NCBI GenBank assembly: GCA_018398765.1
Contig: JAHBMJ010000315.1
Coordinates: forward strand, 1 to 50,682
DNA from: Chromera velia
Taxonomy: Eukaryota
DNA length: 50,682 bases
Direction: 5' to 3'
Every line of letters begins with the position of its first letter. Within the stretch, counting starts at the first letter, position 1. The position numbers and the translations under genes are program-made. The notes beneath the pieces were generated by a model. The model was not told the origin of the DNA and made no database searches. It saw only the letters and a program-made list of their open reading frames with translations. Positions 24,183-42,999 of this stretch are shown piece by piece.

Positions 24183-25861
24183 TCAAGGATCGACCTCAAG
24201 CAAATTGCTTCTTCTGTTGCTGTTCTGATTTTCCTGCCCTCTCTTCCTGGCAGCAGCAAACAAGGCAATCACAATCACTACACAGACTGCCAACCCGACC
24301 ATCAGGCCGAATCTTTTGAGTGCCTCCATATACTGCAAAATTTTTCTCCAAAACCAAGGCATCCAACGGGCCCACTGTCGGAACACTGCGGGACGATACG
24401 CCCCCTCCTCAACCTTCAAACTTTCAAATCCCGACCCAACCTCAGTCGGGCTTTTGCGCGGTACCGGGTCTAGGACCAGCACGAGATCGCACAACCAATC
24501 GACCAACGATCCCAGCCAGCGTCTGTACAGAAGTACGCCGGTACTGTAGGCTACATTCACCCTCGGGTTTATAACCACGCGAGCAGAGGGTTTGAGAATG
24601 CGCAGGTCTTTGAAAATGAGGAAACACTCACTTGCAGGATGGCGTGTGTCCCACACATATTCAGGGTGGATCAGTCTGGGCTCACTGACTGTGTAGGCCC
24701 TGAACGATAGAGGGCCTCCTTCTTCTTTTCCCAGCTGACTGGGTTGGTTGTTCGAAGGAAAGGCACCTGGCAGCTCGTCCCTTTTTTTTGCCGAGAAGAC
24801 GAAAAAATGGGCTTTGAAGGCCAGCATCCCGTTCCAGCAACTCAACACTTCAAAAGCCTCCCCTCTCCGCAAACGTGCCTGTGCCTCTGCCTCCTCTACA
24901 AACGGAAAGTAGGCAGTCAGGATCTGCCCGTTGATGTCTCGGGAGACCCATGTGTCGTAGAAGGCTGCGTTGAAGTCCATGGCACACACGGCGTCCCAGT
25001 CGAAGCTGTCAGTCAGCAGCAGTCGCTCTGCATCCTCAGGGTTGAACAGGACGTCGTTGAGGAAGAGGACAAAGTCGGCTGTCACGTTGCCGCTCTTCAG
25101 AGGGGCAAGGACGTGCTCACGGTAATGGGCGAGAAATCGGACACGTGCGTGGGTGTACGTCTCGTTCGCCGTCTCGTTCCTCCTTTGTCTCCACAAGTGC
25201 CACCAGCCAGGCTCCTCATCCAGCACGACAGACCTCTCAATGCCTCTCGAACCGAGCTCTCGATCAAAATCAGCAAGGATCTCTTTCGTCTGCATGCAAA
25301 ATGAACGAACAAATACACACACCACGCACACAAACACGAAGGAAACGCGAGAGAACACAAACGGCGTTTGATTGACAATCGAGGGCTTTATCTGTCCTTT
25401 CTCACTCACTCACTCACTCACTCACTCATTCATTCATTCATTCATTCATTCTTTCAGGCAGGCAGGCAGGCAGGCACACAGTCATCCACACAGTGACACA
25501 GTCGCTCACTTACCCACCCATCCACCCTCCTACTCACCTAACCACTCACCCACCCACTTACTCACTGAAGACTCACTTTCTCACTCACCTTATCCCTCGA
25601 TCCACTCTCGTAGACGGAGATGAAAACTCGGGCCCCCCTGTCACCCAAAACCCTCACCAAGCCCAAAAGGCTGGACAGACTTTGAGGCAGAATCTCCTCG
25701 CTCTCGTAATAGTTCACCCCGACAAATACAGTGCGGCCATGAAGACCCGCAGTCTCGGGTGTCCCCCCTAAGCCCGACGTGTGAATCCACACGAAACTCA
25801 AAATAGCCGAGACGGATGCCCACCCCACCAAAATGAGAAAGAAGACCGTTCTTCGCCTCAT
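24183..25861 (-). CDS. CAP59/CMT1-like alpha-1,3-mannosyltransferase (GT69-like), 2 exons, ~459 aa
   Basis: Exons 25861-25589 and 25289-24183, joined as ISVYESGSRDK|TKEIL. Motifs: RVRFLAHYREHVLAPL, VLFLNDVLF, DAVCAMDF, FYDTWVSRDING, VLSCWNGMLAF, ASECFLIFKDL, INPRVNVAY. There is an N-terminal signal/anchor and a C-terminal hydrophobic helix. Confidence 0.88.
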
Positions 25862-27461
25862 TATACGCAAGTCAGCAGTCCGCTCTTGGTATCGACGGTG
25901 CAATGGGAATACCCGATCCGTTCAGCCAAAGGACCCGACCTTGCAGCGCTGCAACTCAATAAACAGGTCGAAAACCATCGGAGACGGCATCTGGTAGACC
26001 GTGTCCCGTGGGTTGTCACAGTGTTTCCACTCGATCACTCAAAGGAACAAACCACCGGTCGCATCAACGGTTGGAAACAGGCGTGCATGTGCCTTTTGAG
26101 AAGCTCACATGTTGACTCAAGGACTAAATGGACATTTGCCATATCCACGGAGCTACAGAGAAATGCCGTCCCACTAAGAACTTCAATTAACATGTCCCCT
26201 CTGTTTTCTTTTGTTTTGTCCGTCTCTTTTCCAAAGAGACAGTAAATGAAGAGAGGGCAAGACAAGTACTAAGCTTTGTATACACTGTACTGTACAATTT
26301 TTCCTTTTCCTTCTGACGGATCATTATTATGTTATCGATGATCAGTGTGCAGATGCCACAGAAATCTTAATTGGGATTTGAAATGGATTTGAATGGATTT
26401 GATACAAGCTAGTTTTTTTTTTTTTTTTTGTATGTGACAAGCTAGTTTGTTCCCGCGCATTCGCGCTCGAAGGCAAGTGCGAGAAGTTAAGTTTGTGCGT
26501 CCTCGGCTCGAGGGCATCTCGGATAAATCCGAGGCCCTGAGAAGTATCCGAAATGCACATAAAAATCCTGTGTGCACGTGCATGATTTTCAACTTAAATT
26601 TCAAGTACCGCTGCCTAAGTGGACACCCAATAAGGCATTCAATGATGATTCACATGAGGGTGGATATACCTCTGTAATATAAAGTAATATTAACATTTTT
26701 AGCCATACTGATCATCTCTAATTGTCATCTTAAAGTTACGCACACTTTAAGATGACTTCTCAGACTTAAATCTTAAAACTACTTAAGATACAAAACGTAG
26801 TAACACGTCGATCGGCCTGCGTAAAAGATCGAACACCGTTAACCCGTCCTCCCCCAATGGACCTCTATAAATCAAAAATCATGTAAACACCTCAACATCT
26901 AAAATATGATGCAGCAATTCTGACATATAGCAGCTGTATGAGGCTACGGAGCCGTCGGCCACTCCCTGAGCACATAAAATTTTATCAAAAAACCTGAATT
27001 AATATGCGCAGTTGCGCACTTTTTTGATCTTTTTTTTAGAGCTACAAAAAGTTGAGCGGCTTGAGCCGCACCTTGCAAATTTGGCATTAGGGCGGGAAGC
27101 CGATTTTCTAGATATACATCCTATCCTATCTTTATGATCACGTGCACTAACGTGCACAGTGGATTAAAATCATTCAATTCGATCCAAATAAATGACTAAA
27201 TGAATCTAAATACAACAAAAAAAAAATGTTTAAATTCTTGATTTTTTTTTATTTAAATATGTGTTTCTATATTATCTTTCTTCAGATCTTTTAGTTTTTT
27301 TGAATCCAAAATAATCTCAAAAAACCGACGTGCTTTAGGACGTACGTCAACGTACGTACTATGACGTACCTTAATATACCTTAATATAAATTAAAACCGT
27401 TCAAAACATATCGACTTGGTCAGTATGTGGTCCCTCACCCACCAAAAATCGATGAACTAAA

Positions 27462-33019
<5,558 letters not shown>

Positions 33020-33199
33020 CTCCAAGAAGAAAAAATCAGTGCGAGCAGAGTGACGGCATGCGCCAGAAGAGACGAACCATCCTGGCCGACCAAAGCATTG
33101 CTCAGGGGGTCACACTGCGTAAGCAAAGCGCTTGCCCAGCTTCTGAATTAATGACGTCCGATATCGTTCGATCAGTGATGCTGGAACTTCATCAGTCAT

Positions 33200-33312
33200 G
33201 CCGAACTGAGTGTCGATAGCTCGGCGGCCAACGGAGACGGCCGGCATTCAGCCGAATTGAGTGTCGACAGCTCGGCAGCCAACGGAGCTTGGAACGGAGA
33301 CGGCCGGCAGTC
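33200..33312. repeat. ~51-bp tandem duplication upstream of the triphosphatase ATG
   Basis: GCCGAAYTGAGTGTCGAYAGCTCGGCRGCCAACGGAG occurs at 33200 and 33251. Confidence 0.8.
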
Positions 33313-33779
33313 TGGCTCGCAGTGGGTCCGACCATATCCGACCCCGAACAGCCAAGTCTGGCCAAGCAGATGGTGCACAGGGCCCACTTGGCACTTAGCC
33401 TGGATGCACCAAAGTAGATAAGCCTCTTTATGCCAGAAGAGAAGGAAACGTTCTTGTTTCAGCAGTCTTTGTGTTACTTTGTGTGTAGTCATAATTTAAT
33501 GATGAATTTTGATCTGATTAAACTCAGTGACAAACTGTTTATACTTTTAGTAATTTATAAAACTCAACATGCATACCTAGATATATACAGAGCAAAAACA
33601 ACGACATATAGTAAACCCGGCCCCACCCAACCCGGCCCCACCCCAACTAGTTTTTCGACTATTGTGCATGCAGTAGAATGCGGTGATAGCAGGTAATGGC
33701 ACGGCGCGGGAACACTATATACCAATCTAACAATCATCTAACATATGATATTTATTTTAATCTGGAGGTAAACAAGAAA

Positions 33780-35930
33780 AAGAAAGCGTCGTATCAACAT
33801 ATTTAGAGGGGGGTCTTCTTCCGATCGAGCTGGAGGTAGTAGATCGGACGCTGACATGGGGGGCTGCTGTTCTGAAAAAGAAAAGAGAATCCCCTGTCTT
33901 CCATGCGTTGATCGATGCAGTTCAGAGAGGAGTAGACTGTCACAGCAGACTAAAGGGAAAGGAAAATTTTTTAATGTATCCATATAAGTTCTTCCCCCAC
34001 ATAGAAGAGAGTGCAAGAGCATTGTATGACAGAGGTGAACACCCGTTTGAGATAAGAAGAGCACCAGCACAGGCAGGCCAACAGCCTTCTTTTGAGACAA
34101 AAGACAGAATAGTTAGATGGTTGAGAGAAAAAAACATAGATGAGATGGAAAAAAGAAAGAAGAAACTGTTTAAGAAGCAGGTAAAACAAACAATCAAGAC
34201 AAGAAAGAGAGAAGAACAGGTAAAACTGAGTCAGTTTAAGGGGGTTTTAGGTTGGCACAGAGGGGTTCAGAACAGAAATCGCCTTCATTTGTGGTCTTTT
34301 CTTGAGAAAGAAGAAAATGCAGAAAGAAACACTGGTGCATCCGTGCATATATCAGAGAAGAAGATATTGGAAAAGCCCCCTCTTGCTACACCAAGCCAGC
34401 ACCTTGGTCAGTACATAGAAGGAGAGCAGCATTCAGACTTGGAGAAAGAAGCTTCGCCGTCACAAAAGGAAGAGTGCCGTAGAAAGGTAAACAGAGAGTG
34501 CCACTTGAGAAACGAATTTGTCCATTCTGTTTTGACTTGCATGGCCTTTTAGTCCACGTGCTCACAGAATGCCCAGTGGTCGAATGAAAAAGGGCGGAAT
34601 GCATTAGCTATCTAGTACAAGGGTGGCCCGACAGACGAGAGAAACAAAAGAGCAAAGCCGCGTGTAAGAAAGTCAGAAGGGGATGGAAAAATTGATAAAA
34701 TAGCCCTGTTCACCTTTTTGGTCAACGAAGCAGACTACCATGTAAACATACTTATAAAAAGAATCTTGATGAGACAAAAAGTATGGGGGAGATGTAAAGA
34801 GGAGCTTAAGGATGCTTTTCGAGATATGACTGCCGAACAGCTCGCAGAAGTCCATGACAAAGAAGAGAAAAGGAAAGGAAACAGAGAGCCACATTCCAAG
34901 GTAGAAGATCTACACTGAAACTATAGTATGACACAATTTAAATTATGATACAATAGTAACCCTATACTTTAGTATACCAGTGACATAAATAATTGTGTCA
35001 GAATAGGTATGATGAAATTGTTAGATAAAAATTGAAGTGATCCTAGACTTTCAAAGTTACTTGAAGTCTTCAAAGTCGTTATTCACTCACTTCACTCACC
35101 TCACTTATTCACTCACTCACTCACTCACTCATTCACTCACTTACTCATTCACTCACTCACTTATTCATTCACTCATCCACTCAATGACATTTACTCAGTC
35201 ATTCACTCACTCACTCAGTCACCTCACTCACTCACTCACTCACTCACTCACTTAGTCACCTCACTCACTCACTCACTCACTCAGTCACCTCACTCACTCA
35301 CTCACTCACTCACTCACTCACTCATTTATTCAGTTACTCACTCACTCCTGTATTCACTCACTCATTCACTCACCTCACTCACCGCGCAGTGGTTCAGATA
35401 TAAACTGCTGCTCGGGAGTGTTGCAATCTTAAAAGAGATGCTGGGAGTTTATAATGAGGTGGACCATGGCTTAACGGTTTTGGCTTGACTAAAGCCGTAC
35501 CGTACAGCTCACACAAGTCGTCCGCGCGCAGCCGTCTCCCCCGCGGAGTCGATCATCTATATACGAAGCCGGTCTGCGCGGCCCACAGCGGCTGTAACTT
35601 GAACGCTACCCCCCGACGCACGTAAAACCGCGCTAAGCACAGCAAACACGCAATCTACAACTATTTTTTTCACACATAAGTGTGATTTAATTGAATCAGT
35701 CAAAAGCTTTTAAAATTACAATTATTGTATCACAAATCATTGTGACACAAAAGGTTCTGGAAATTTTTATTGTGAAATACTATAGTTCCAGTGTAAGAAA
35801 ATCTGATCGGTATGCTTTAATCAGATGAAAAGAGCAAGAGAGACAGGCTCTGCACATATAGGCATAAGGTCGCAAAAGTAATAGAGGATGCATGCTATCG
35901 CTCCACCCCTGTCCTCTGTCACTCTGTCAG
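33780..35930 (+). pseudogene. Decayed Helitron-like Rep N-terminal fragment, split by a MITE
   Basis: Peptides YPYKFFP..GEHPFEIRR..VRWL and LFTFLVNE..MTAEQL precede the insertion. After it comes TGSAHIGIRSQK**RMHAIAPPLSSVTLS (compare Helitron GSxxxxxxxRxExxAMxxxxGxPxxFxTLS). It has multiple stops and frameshifts. Confidence 0.5.
34913..35793. mobile_element. Non-autonomous CACTG-ended (CACTA/EnSpm-like) DNA transposon, 881 bp, TA target duplication
   Basis: TA|CACTGAAACTATAGTATGACACAAT ... ATTGTGAAATACTATAGTTCCAGTG|TA. Subterminal TGAYACAAT motifs occur in both orientations. An internal (CACT)n tract lies at ~35080-35385. Confidence 0.8.
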
Positions 35931-36811
35931 TGTCTTTCACTCGCACTTCGTCAGAGAAAATCAAGCATAACTTAATATTATCCCGGGACTGTAATTCAAC
36001 TGCATCCATATTTGTCGGCAGCAGCAATGGTTTTGAAGTGCAAGGCAAGAAATTCATGTATCGTGATGAGATGTGTCATTGCATATATGCGTGCATGGTG
36101 TGGAGTAATGTGCATGAATATATGGTGCAAGGCGGACGTCAGATAACTGGCACGCAGGTCTAGGGCTCCAACCCCGAACACAATGTAATCCTGTAACGTA
36201 ATCCTGTAATGTAAATAAATTTATTAGCTTAATACTTAATTTCACTAACTGTTACATATGTTTTATAATGCTAGTTGTAATTAATGCTTTGTTCTCGCAA
36301 TTGTAACTCCTTAGCGCTTTTTGTGTTTAACTTTTATCATCACTAGACTTAACCAGTAGAGTGGGAAGTACCAGTGCTCAGCAATGAGAAGAAGCTCCAC
36401 ATCCCAAGTAAAACTGTGCGGGCCTTCACTACAATGATAAACAAAAACAAACCACGTTCCACCTTTGCACGGATTCAAAGACCCCACTTTGCAGACTCTG
36501 TCGATCCTCCTCGGACAACCCTTGCTCCTCCATCAACCTCCCTTCCCTCCTCTCCCTCCCTCCCCCACCCCTCCCCACACACGCACACATCCCCGTCTCC
36601 TTGTCAGATCGGACAGACAAGGAGATAAAACCACCATGTCCCCACAAGACCCCGTTCTCCCTCCGTCCCCACCAACCTTGGTCCAACAGTCAAGCTAGGA
36701 AATGTCTCGTGAGTCACCCCCTTTTCGTTTCTCCATCTTTCCCCCTCTCTCCATCCACTCCAACAATGCAGCTCTCTTCTCCAATCCACCCAACCACCCG
36801 ACACATCCTTT

Positions 36812-37237
36812 CTACCGCATCTGCTGCGCCTGCATCTGCTGTCGTCTCGGGGGCTTGACCAGGACGTTAGCTCGGAAGCAGCTCATCTTCAGCAACAGCG
36901 TCTCCGTCTCCTGCATAAAATGGACAGAGAGAAACCAAGAAGAGGAACAGAGGGGGGGGGCAAGTTGATTGATTCTCTCCCATGTATTTCTTTCCTTTGC
37001 TTCTACCCACACATGCAAGCTGTGCACGACACATGCGCGACCAGCACAAACAGAAAGCAGGTAACGAAAACGGTCAGGCAGTCAGTGAGACACAGAGCTA
37101 GTCAGACGACGAGGCTGTTCCTGCTTCATTATTCATCTCTGCATCCTGCGTTTCTATCTTGCTTCTCTGTCATCAGTCCTTCCTTCTTTCCTTGCTTCCT
37201 TTCTTTCTGTCCTTCTTTCTCTCGCACTTCCCCGCTT

Positions 37238-37268
<31 letters not shown>

Positions 37269-39202
37269 TCTCTTTCTCTTTCTTTTCTCTTTCTTTTCTC
37301 TCTTCTCTTTTCTCTTTCTCTTTTCTCTTTTTCTCTCTCTCTTTTTCTCTTTTCTCTTTCTCTCCATGTCTTTTCTCTTTCTCCCTCTCTCTCTCTCGCT
37401 TCTCTTTCTCTTTCTCCTTCTCCTTCTCTTTCTCTTTCTCTCTCTCTCTCTCCCTCCCTCCCTCTTTCTCTCTCTCTCCATCCAAAGGCTTGCAGACATA
37501 GATGCTTCATGTAGGTAGACCAAAAAACCCATTAGAGACCCCCAAAGGCGAGGGAAGCCGCAAAGCACTCATAGTACACGAACACGCATTTCTCATGCAT
37601 AGGATCCGCAACCATCCCATCAGTTTTGCCACATAGAGACAAAGTCTCACAGAAGCCAGAGGACTTGCTCGGACAGCGTGTGTATGTGTGTGTGTGGGGG
37701 GGGGCATTCCAGAAACTCGACAGGGCCTATCGATGAGGCTTGCTTCAGGGGGCAGGCACAGAAGATAATCAAAAGGGGGGACCATCAGAGCAACCGAGGG
37801 GGAGACAGGAAAGAAGAGGTCATGACAGAGAGAGAGCCAAAGAGTGCCTCACGAGAGACGAAGGGAGGATGTAAGCCGAGGGTCAAAGAGGGCAGAGAGA
37901 TGGGACGAAATGTGTCGAGTCAGGCAGCACATATACGAACAAGAAAGAAAGGAACAGGACGAAAAGAAAAGGAAATCTAAAGAAAACAAAAAAAAATGGA
38001 CGTACCTGCACAAAATCGTTTCCCATGTCGAGAGCAGTGCGGAAGGCGGCGGTACGGGGGTTCGAGATGGTCTTTCTGACCACTCGCTGTTGGGCATCGA
38101 TCTTCGCAGGGATGGTCTTCTGTTCCACGAGTCTGGCTACGTCAGCCTCGAGTTCGTCTGCCTGTGTGTTCAGTGCCTCTGCCATTGTGTCAAGGGATAC
38201 GGCAATGAACGGAGAGACATACTGAACAATCGCACGCTCTCGAATCTGTCGGAGCAGCTTGGGCACCAGTGGCCCAGCCACTAGGTCGAGCTCTACAGCA
38301 CCCCCCCACTGCCTGAGCTGGGTAAGTGCAGACGCGTACTTGCACTGGGAAAAGTCTAACGCGATGTCTCGGAAGAGAGGCACAAAATCAAGTGTCTCTC
38401 TGAATGCTGCACTCTCACCGAACCTCTGGCTGATTTCCGTTCTCTCAAATGCTGCCATTGCACACAGAGCACCGTACACTGCAACATCGTGCACTGCTAC
38501 TGCGTCCTGTGGGCTGCCACTCAGGTGGGAGGCTTTCACGCTCATGAAGCATGTGGCAGCGTCTCGGAACCTGCCCGTGCGCATGAAGTACACCCCTTGG
38601 GCTGCCTGCGTGTGTGCAACGTCGGCGTCGGTTTTCAGTTGGATGGTGTGAACGCGGCTGGTGAGCATCTGAAGTTCCTGGAATGTCTGGCCGCACACGG
38701 CAACCACCAACCCCCTCATACAGTACTGAAGCAAATGGGCAGCATCAGAGCAGTGCTCCCTGCTCTTGTGGAGGCATCTCATCGCGTTCACATAATCCCC
38801 CGACGCCATCATTAGCTCGGACTGATTCAGAAGGGCCAGACGCATGGATTCCTTAATCTGTGTGACTTTGCTCTGGTGAACCTCCTGCTCGAGCATTTCT
38901 TTCTTTTGCTGAACTTCTTTGACTGCCCTCTCCACCCAAATTCGATCGAACTCAGGAACGACAAAATCGGGGAGACGGGATGCGTACTGGCTCACGTGGG
39001 ATGCAAGCACTTCAGAGTATTTCTGGTAGGCTTGGGGGTTGACGATTTCTTTGGCGGCTTTGAGGAGGAGAAGCAGAGCCTCTGCACGCAATTGAGCGTG
39101 GGTTTCCCCATGTGCTTTGTCCACTATGTACTTCAGACGGGCGTAGCGTCCGTACTTTCCGTACGCCTTTGCGTAACCCTCAAGGTCCTGTGCAATGAGC
39201 AT
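36812..39202 (-). CDS. CSN1: COP9 signalosome complex subunit 1 (CSN1/GPS1), 2 exons, ~431 aa
   Basis: Exons 39202-38006 and 36910-36812. Motifs: DLEGYAKAY..RLKYI..LRAEAL, DRIWVE, IKESMR..GDYVNAMRCLHKSREHCS, DVAVYGALCAMAAFERTE, and a PCI C-terminus IRERAIVQYVSPFIAVSLDTMAEALN..IPAKID..AFRTALDMGNDF. Confidence 0.93.
37195..37478. repeat. (TC/TTC)n microsatellite in the CSN1 intron
   Basis: Read directly from the sequence. Confidence 0.9.
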
Positions 39203-40624
39203 CCTTTCAAGTTTTACTTGTGCCCTCAGACCGTTTAGGGAGAAAATTCGACAGGAGACGGATCAATGCACAAACAACCAAGTCTCAAAATCTCAAAGAA
39301 GAAAGAGAAAAGGAATCGGAATTATTTCTTCTCTAAGTCAGGCAGCCAGCTTCATTGCAAAAATGCCAAAGTCTTGTGCTAGTGGACGAACACTGGCAGG
39401 CGCAACTTGGGTTAATGCTCGGTCGACAAACAGACCCGACCGGTGAAGTTCAGTTTCAAGAGCTTTGAGGACAGAGAAGCAAACCCAGGACTCTATCACC
39501 CAGCAGGAGAAACAGAATTTTCTGCCGGTGAAGACGCTGCTTTTCTATCAATATCACTCCAATAGGAAGAAAGCTGTGCGTGGTTGTGAGGGCCAGCGTC
39601 TTGTAGTAACGTTCAGTCAAGCGGTCAAATATGTTCGATCGAATCATGATCGAATCTTGCATGTGCATGGGTGGCCGATGGATGCATGGCCGAATATGGC
39701 CGATGGTGCATGTATATTAATACAAGCTGTAGCGGACTCCTGGCGTCGCCGCCCCACCTTGTTCTTGCAGAAGGCTTTCGAAAAATGACTTGAGGGTTCG
39801 TGTATGCATAGCACATCCCAACATACCGGCTTTTTAGTTCACAAGATATCAGGTGTCCTGCCTAGGTCTGTCTCCCAACATTTAGACAATAAAAAAAGAG
39901 AGAGTCTGACAAATCATTAGAAAAACAGTAACTATAATGATCCGCCTCTCATACATGGGGACGCGGCATGCATGAAAAAACCCTCAATCATCAATTCGTA
40001 ACTATAATGTCAAGTTATATGCATAACTATATCTGACTATTAGAGTCTATTATTGAACACTTTGACTCATTTTTTATCACTTCGAGTCATAAGAGCTCAT
40101 AAAAACTATAAAAAGAATTAAGAGCAAAGAGAACAAAATTCTTAAGCCCAAGACTTTTCACTATTTTTAGTTAGATGTTTAGTATATTTTCATTACTTTG
40201 GGGACCGCCTTATTGAACTTTTAAAAAATAAATCACATACCAATATACCTAAACTATTCCAGATTCGCAATCAGGGTCGTTCGATAACGATTATAATATT
40301 GCGAATGCACAAAAATTAAAAGTTTTGTAAGACAAAGAATGTTTTTCTCTAGGTTTTTTTTTCTTTACTTTCTAAATGGTTTTGAGGCTTAATTAAATTA
40401 TTCTCAAATTGGAAAGAGATAAGTTGCTCAATGATGTTTTTCATAACTCAGTTGGTCTACATCTGACTGCGCACTGGTACTTTAATCTTAGGAGCTGCAA
40501 TTGGCTGCAATTTCATAAGAACATACACAGAGAATACATGTATTGTCTGCTAAATTGCTTCCAAATATATTTATAAAGAATTGAGACAAAAGAAATTTCA
40601 ATCATTCAGCAGTACGCACGGCAA

Positions 40625-40688
40625 TACAGACACAGACATACAGATACACATACACACACACACACATACAAACACACACATACATACA

Positions 40689-40726
<38 letters not shown>

Positions 40727-40734
40727 CATACACA

Positions 40735-40804
<70 letters not shown>

Positions 40805-40897
40805 TATACATACACACATACACACATACACACACACACACATCCACACGCACACATACACATACACACACATATACATACATATACAGACACACAC

Positions 40898-40974
<77 letters not shown>

Positions 40975-41012
40975 CACACACACATACACACACGCACGCA
41001 CGCACGCACGCA
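40625..41012. repeat. (CA)n/(TA)n microsatellite
   Basis: Read directly from the sequence. Confidence 0.95.
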
Positions 41013-42040
41013 TAGAGATGTGACACACTGTGCCACACACACGGCGAGAGTCAGAAACAGACTGAGTCATACACAGTTATAAACAGTCACACACATATTC
41101 ATACACTGTGACACACAGTCACATACACATTCACAGGCAGCCAATAGATTGGAGAAGCCATACTCAGACTATGCAGCTGCTAGATGCAGCTATTCCACGC
41201 AGCTCACCTGTTTCCTTTCCCTGCCCCCCTATCTCAGGAAGTGAAAGTCAGCGAAAAAAGCGAAAAGAGCAGCTTCAAAGCAGAAATCGAAACTTTCTCT
41301 ATTTTGGTACTGTTCATTTACCTAGCAGCTGATTTGTCGTGTCTTTTTACCAAAACCTAGACCAAAGCTGCGACAGACAACACTAAAGAGTTCTCAGCAC
41401 GGAAACTGCCTGTCTTTTCTCTGTTATGGCTTACACATATATTGCTTTCTGCCGTCTGTACGTAATATCTGTAATCTTTACTCCCATGTATTAGTTTTTT
41501 TCGAATCATGAATGTGAAATAATATGAATACTGTGAATGCAAGACCGAATGGTTTGGTTCCTCTTCTCTTGAATGGAAAACAGCAGCCCCTCGTTTGTGT
41601 ATCTCAGACTGTCTGTTTTACTTCGTAAGCCTTCACAGCTTGCATTGTACAATGCGCCGTCAAATGTAAAAGTAGCTGGACAATTAAGTGTCTCTGCTGT
41701 TTTAAAGGAAACGTCTGACCTTGATTTTAGTGCATTCATTTCCGTTTCTGCAAAACCCAAGAAACCAAGTCTATAGTGAGCGCTCTGGTCGAGCCACGGT
41801 CTCATCTCAGCTTGATTTGGCTTTGACATCAGATTAAACAGCTTTCACATCCTTACAATCCGTAATAATCTGCACAATCGCTCCTTTTCGTAGCCCAAGA
41901 GTTTTTCTACACCGTAGAAAAGATTATATTAGTATAACAGTTACTATATATCCATGAATGCGAAGTAGGATGTAAGCTAGGTGCAGAGGCCTTGAAGCCG
42001 TACGCCACTCTTCCACACTTAAATATCAATCCGACAAGAG

Positions 42041-42666
42041 ATATGATATCATATCACTACCAAGATGGAAAGTTGAAAACACAGCTAGAGAAAGAATTAA
42101 GCTGCATCAGATCACTTCCATGATTGCATACATGGAGAGATCGACCATACATACAGCAGCACTGAGTGAGATATCGGCCTCGGAAAGACAGAAATTAACA
42201 GAAAACAAATATAGACTGAATCAAAAATGTGCCTCTCAAGCGAGATCAAGGTCGGTTTCAGTATGCAATGTGCCGAACATGGACAGCTTGCACGGATCAA
42301 TCACGTGGAAATTGCCGATAATCGCGTTAGGTAGAGGTAAGTTACTGTTAATCCAATCAAAAATATGATATCATATCATTACCAAGATGGAAAGTTAGAA
42401 ACAAAGCTATAGAAAGAATTACGCTGCATCAGATCACTTCCATGATTGCATGTATGGAGAGATTGACCATGCATGCAGCGCTGATCGAGTGAGATATCGG
42501 CTCCCAAAAAACAGAAATTAACAGAAAACAAATACAGACTGAATTAAAAATGTGCCCCTCAAGCGAGAGTAAGGTTGGTTTCAATATGCAACACACCGAA
42601 CGTGGACAGCTTGCACGGATCGCGTGGAAATTGCCGACAATCGCGTTAGGTGGAGGTAAGTTACTG
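42041..42666 (+). repeat. Diverged ~305-bp direct duplication (42041-42347 and 42363-42666)
   Basis: Both copies run ATATGATATCATATCAYTACCAAGATGGAAAGTT ... CGCGTTAGGTRGAGGTAAGTTACTG, with many substitutions and small indels. Confidence 0.9.
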
Positions 42667-42999
42667 ATATGGCTGCAGTACAAAAAAAATCCCGCGCGCG
42701 CGCATATTGCGCGAAAAAACAAAATTGTCCATGCATACGCGCTGCGCCACCGCGCGATTGCATTTACCGCCACCACAAACATCCACAAATATACCACAAA
42801 CCACTCACCTGGCACCAAACCACCAACCGACCTCTGTTATTTTCCTTTCCAGACCCCAACCTCTCCAAGAGTAAGATAAGTCTCTCCTGAGTGTCCAACA
42901 AAGCCTCTTCTTGTTTTCTACTCTGCATCGCACTGAGTTTTGCTGTGCAACGCCTTTGACTGACTGTCCAGTCAACTGTCTCCATCCTGTATCCTTCTG

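Noticed and set aside
37883..39202. Proteasome RPN7 as an alternative call, and the ORF-track C-terminus VRPFFFVFF..
   Set aside because: The N-terminal DLEGY..RL..LRAEAL and IKESMR motifs are CSN1-type. The ORF tail is intron read-through past the donor at 38005.
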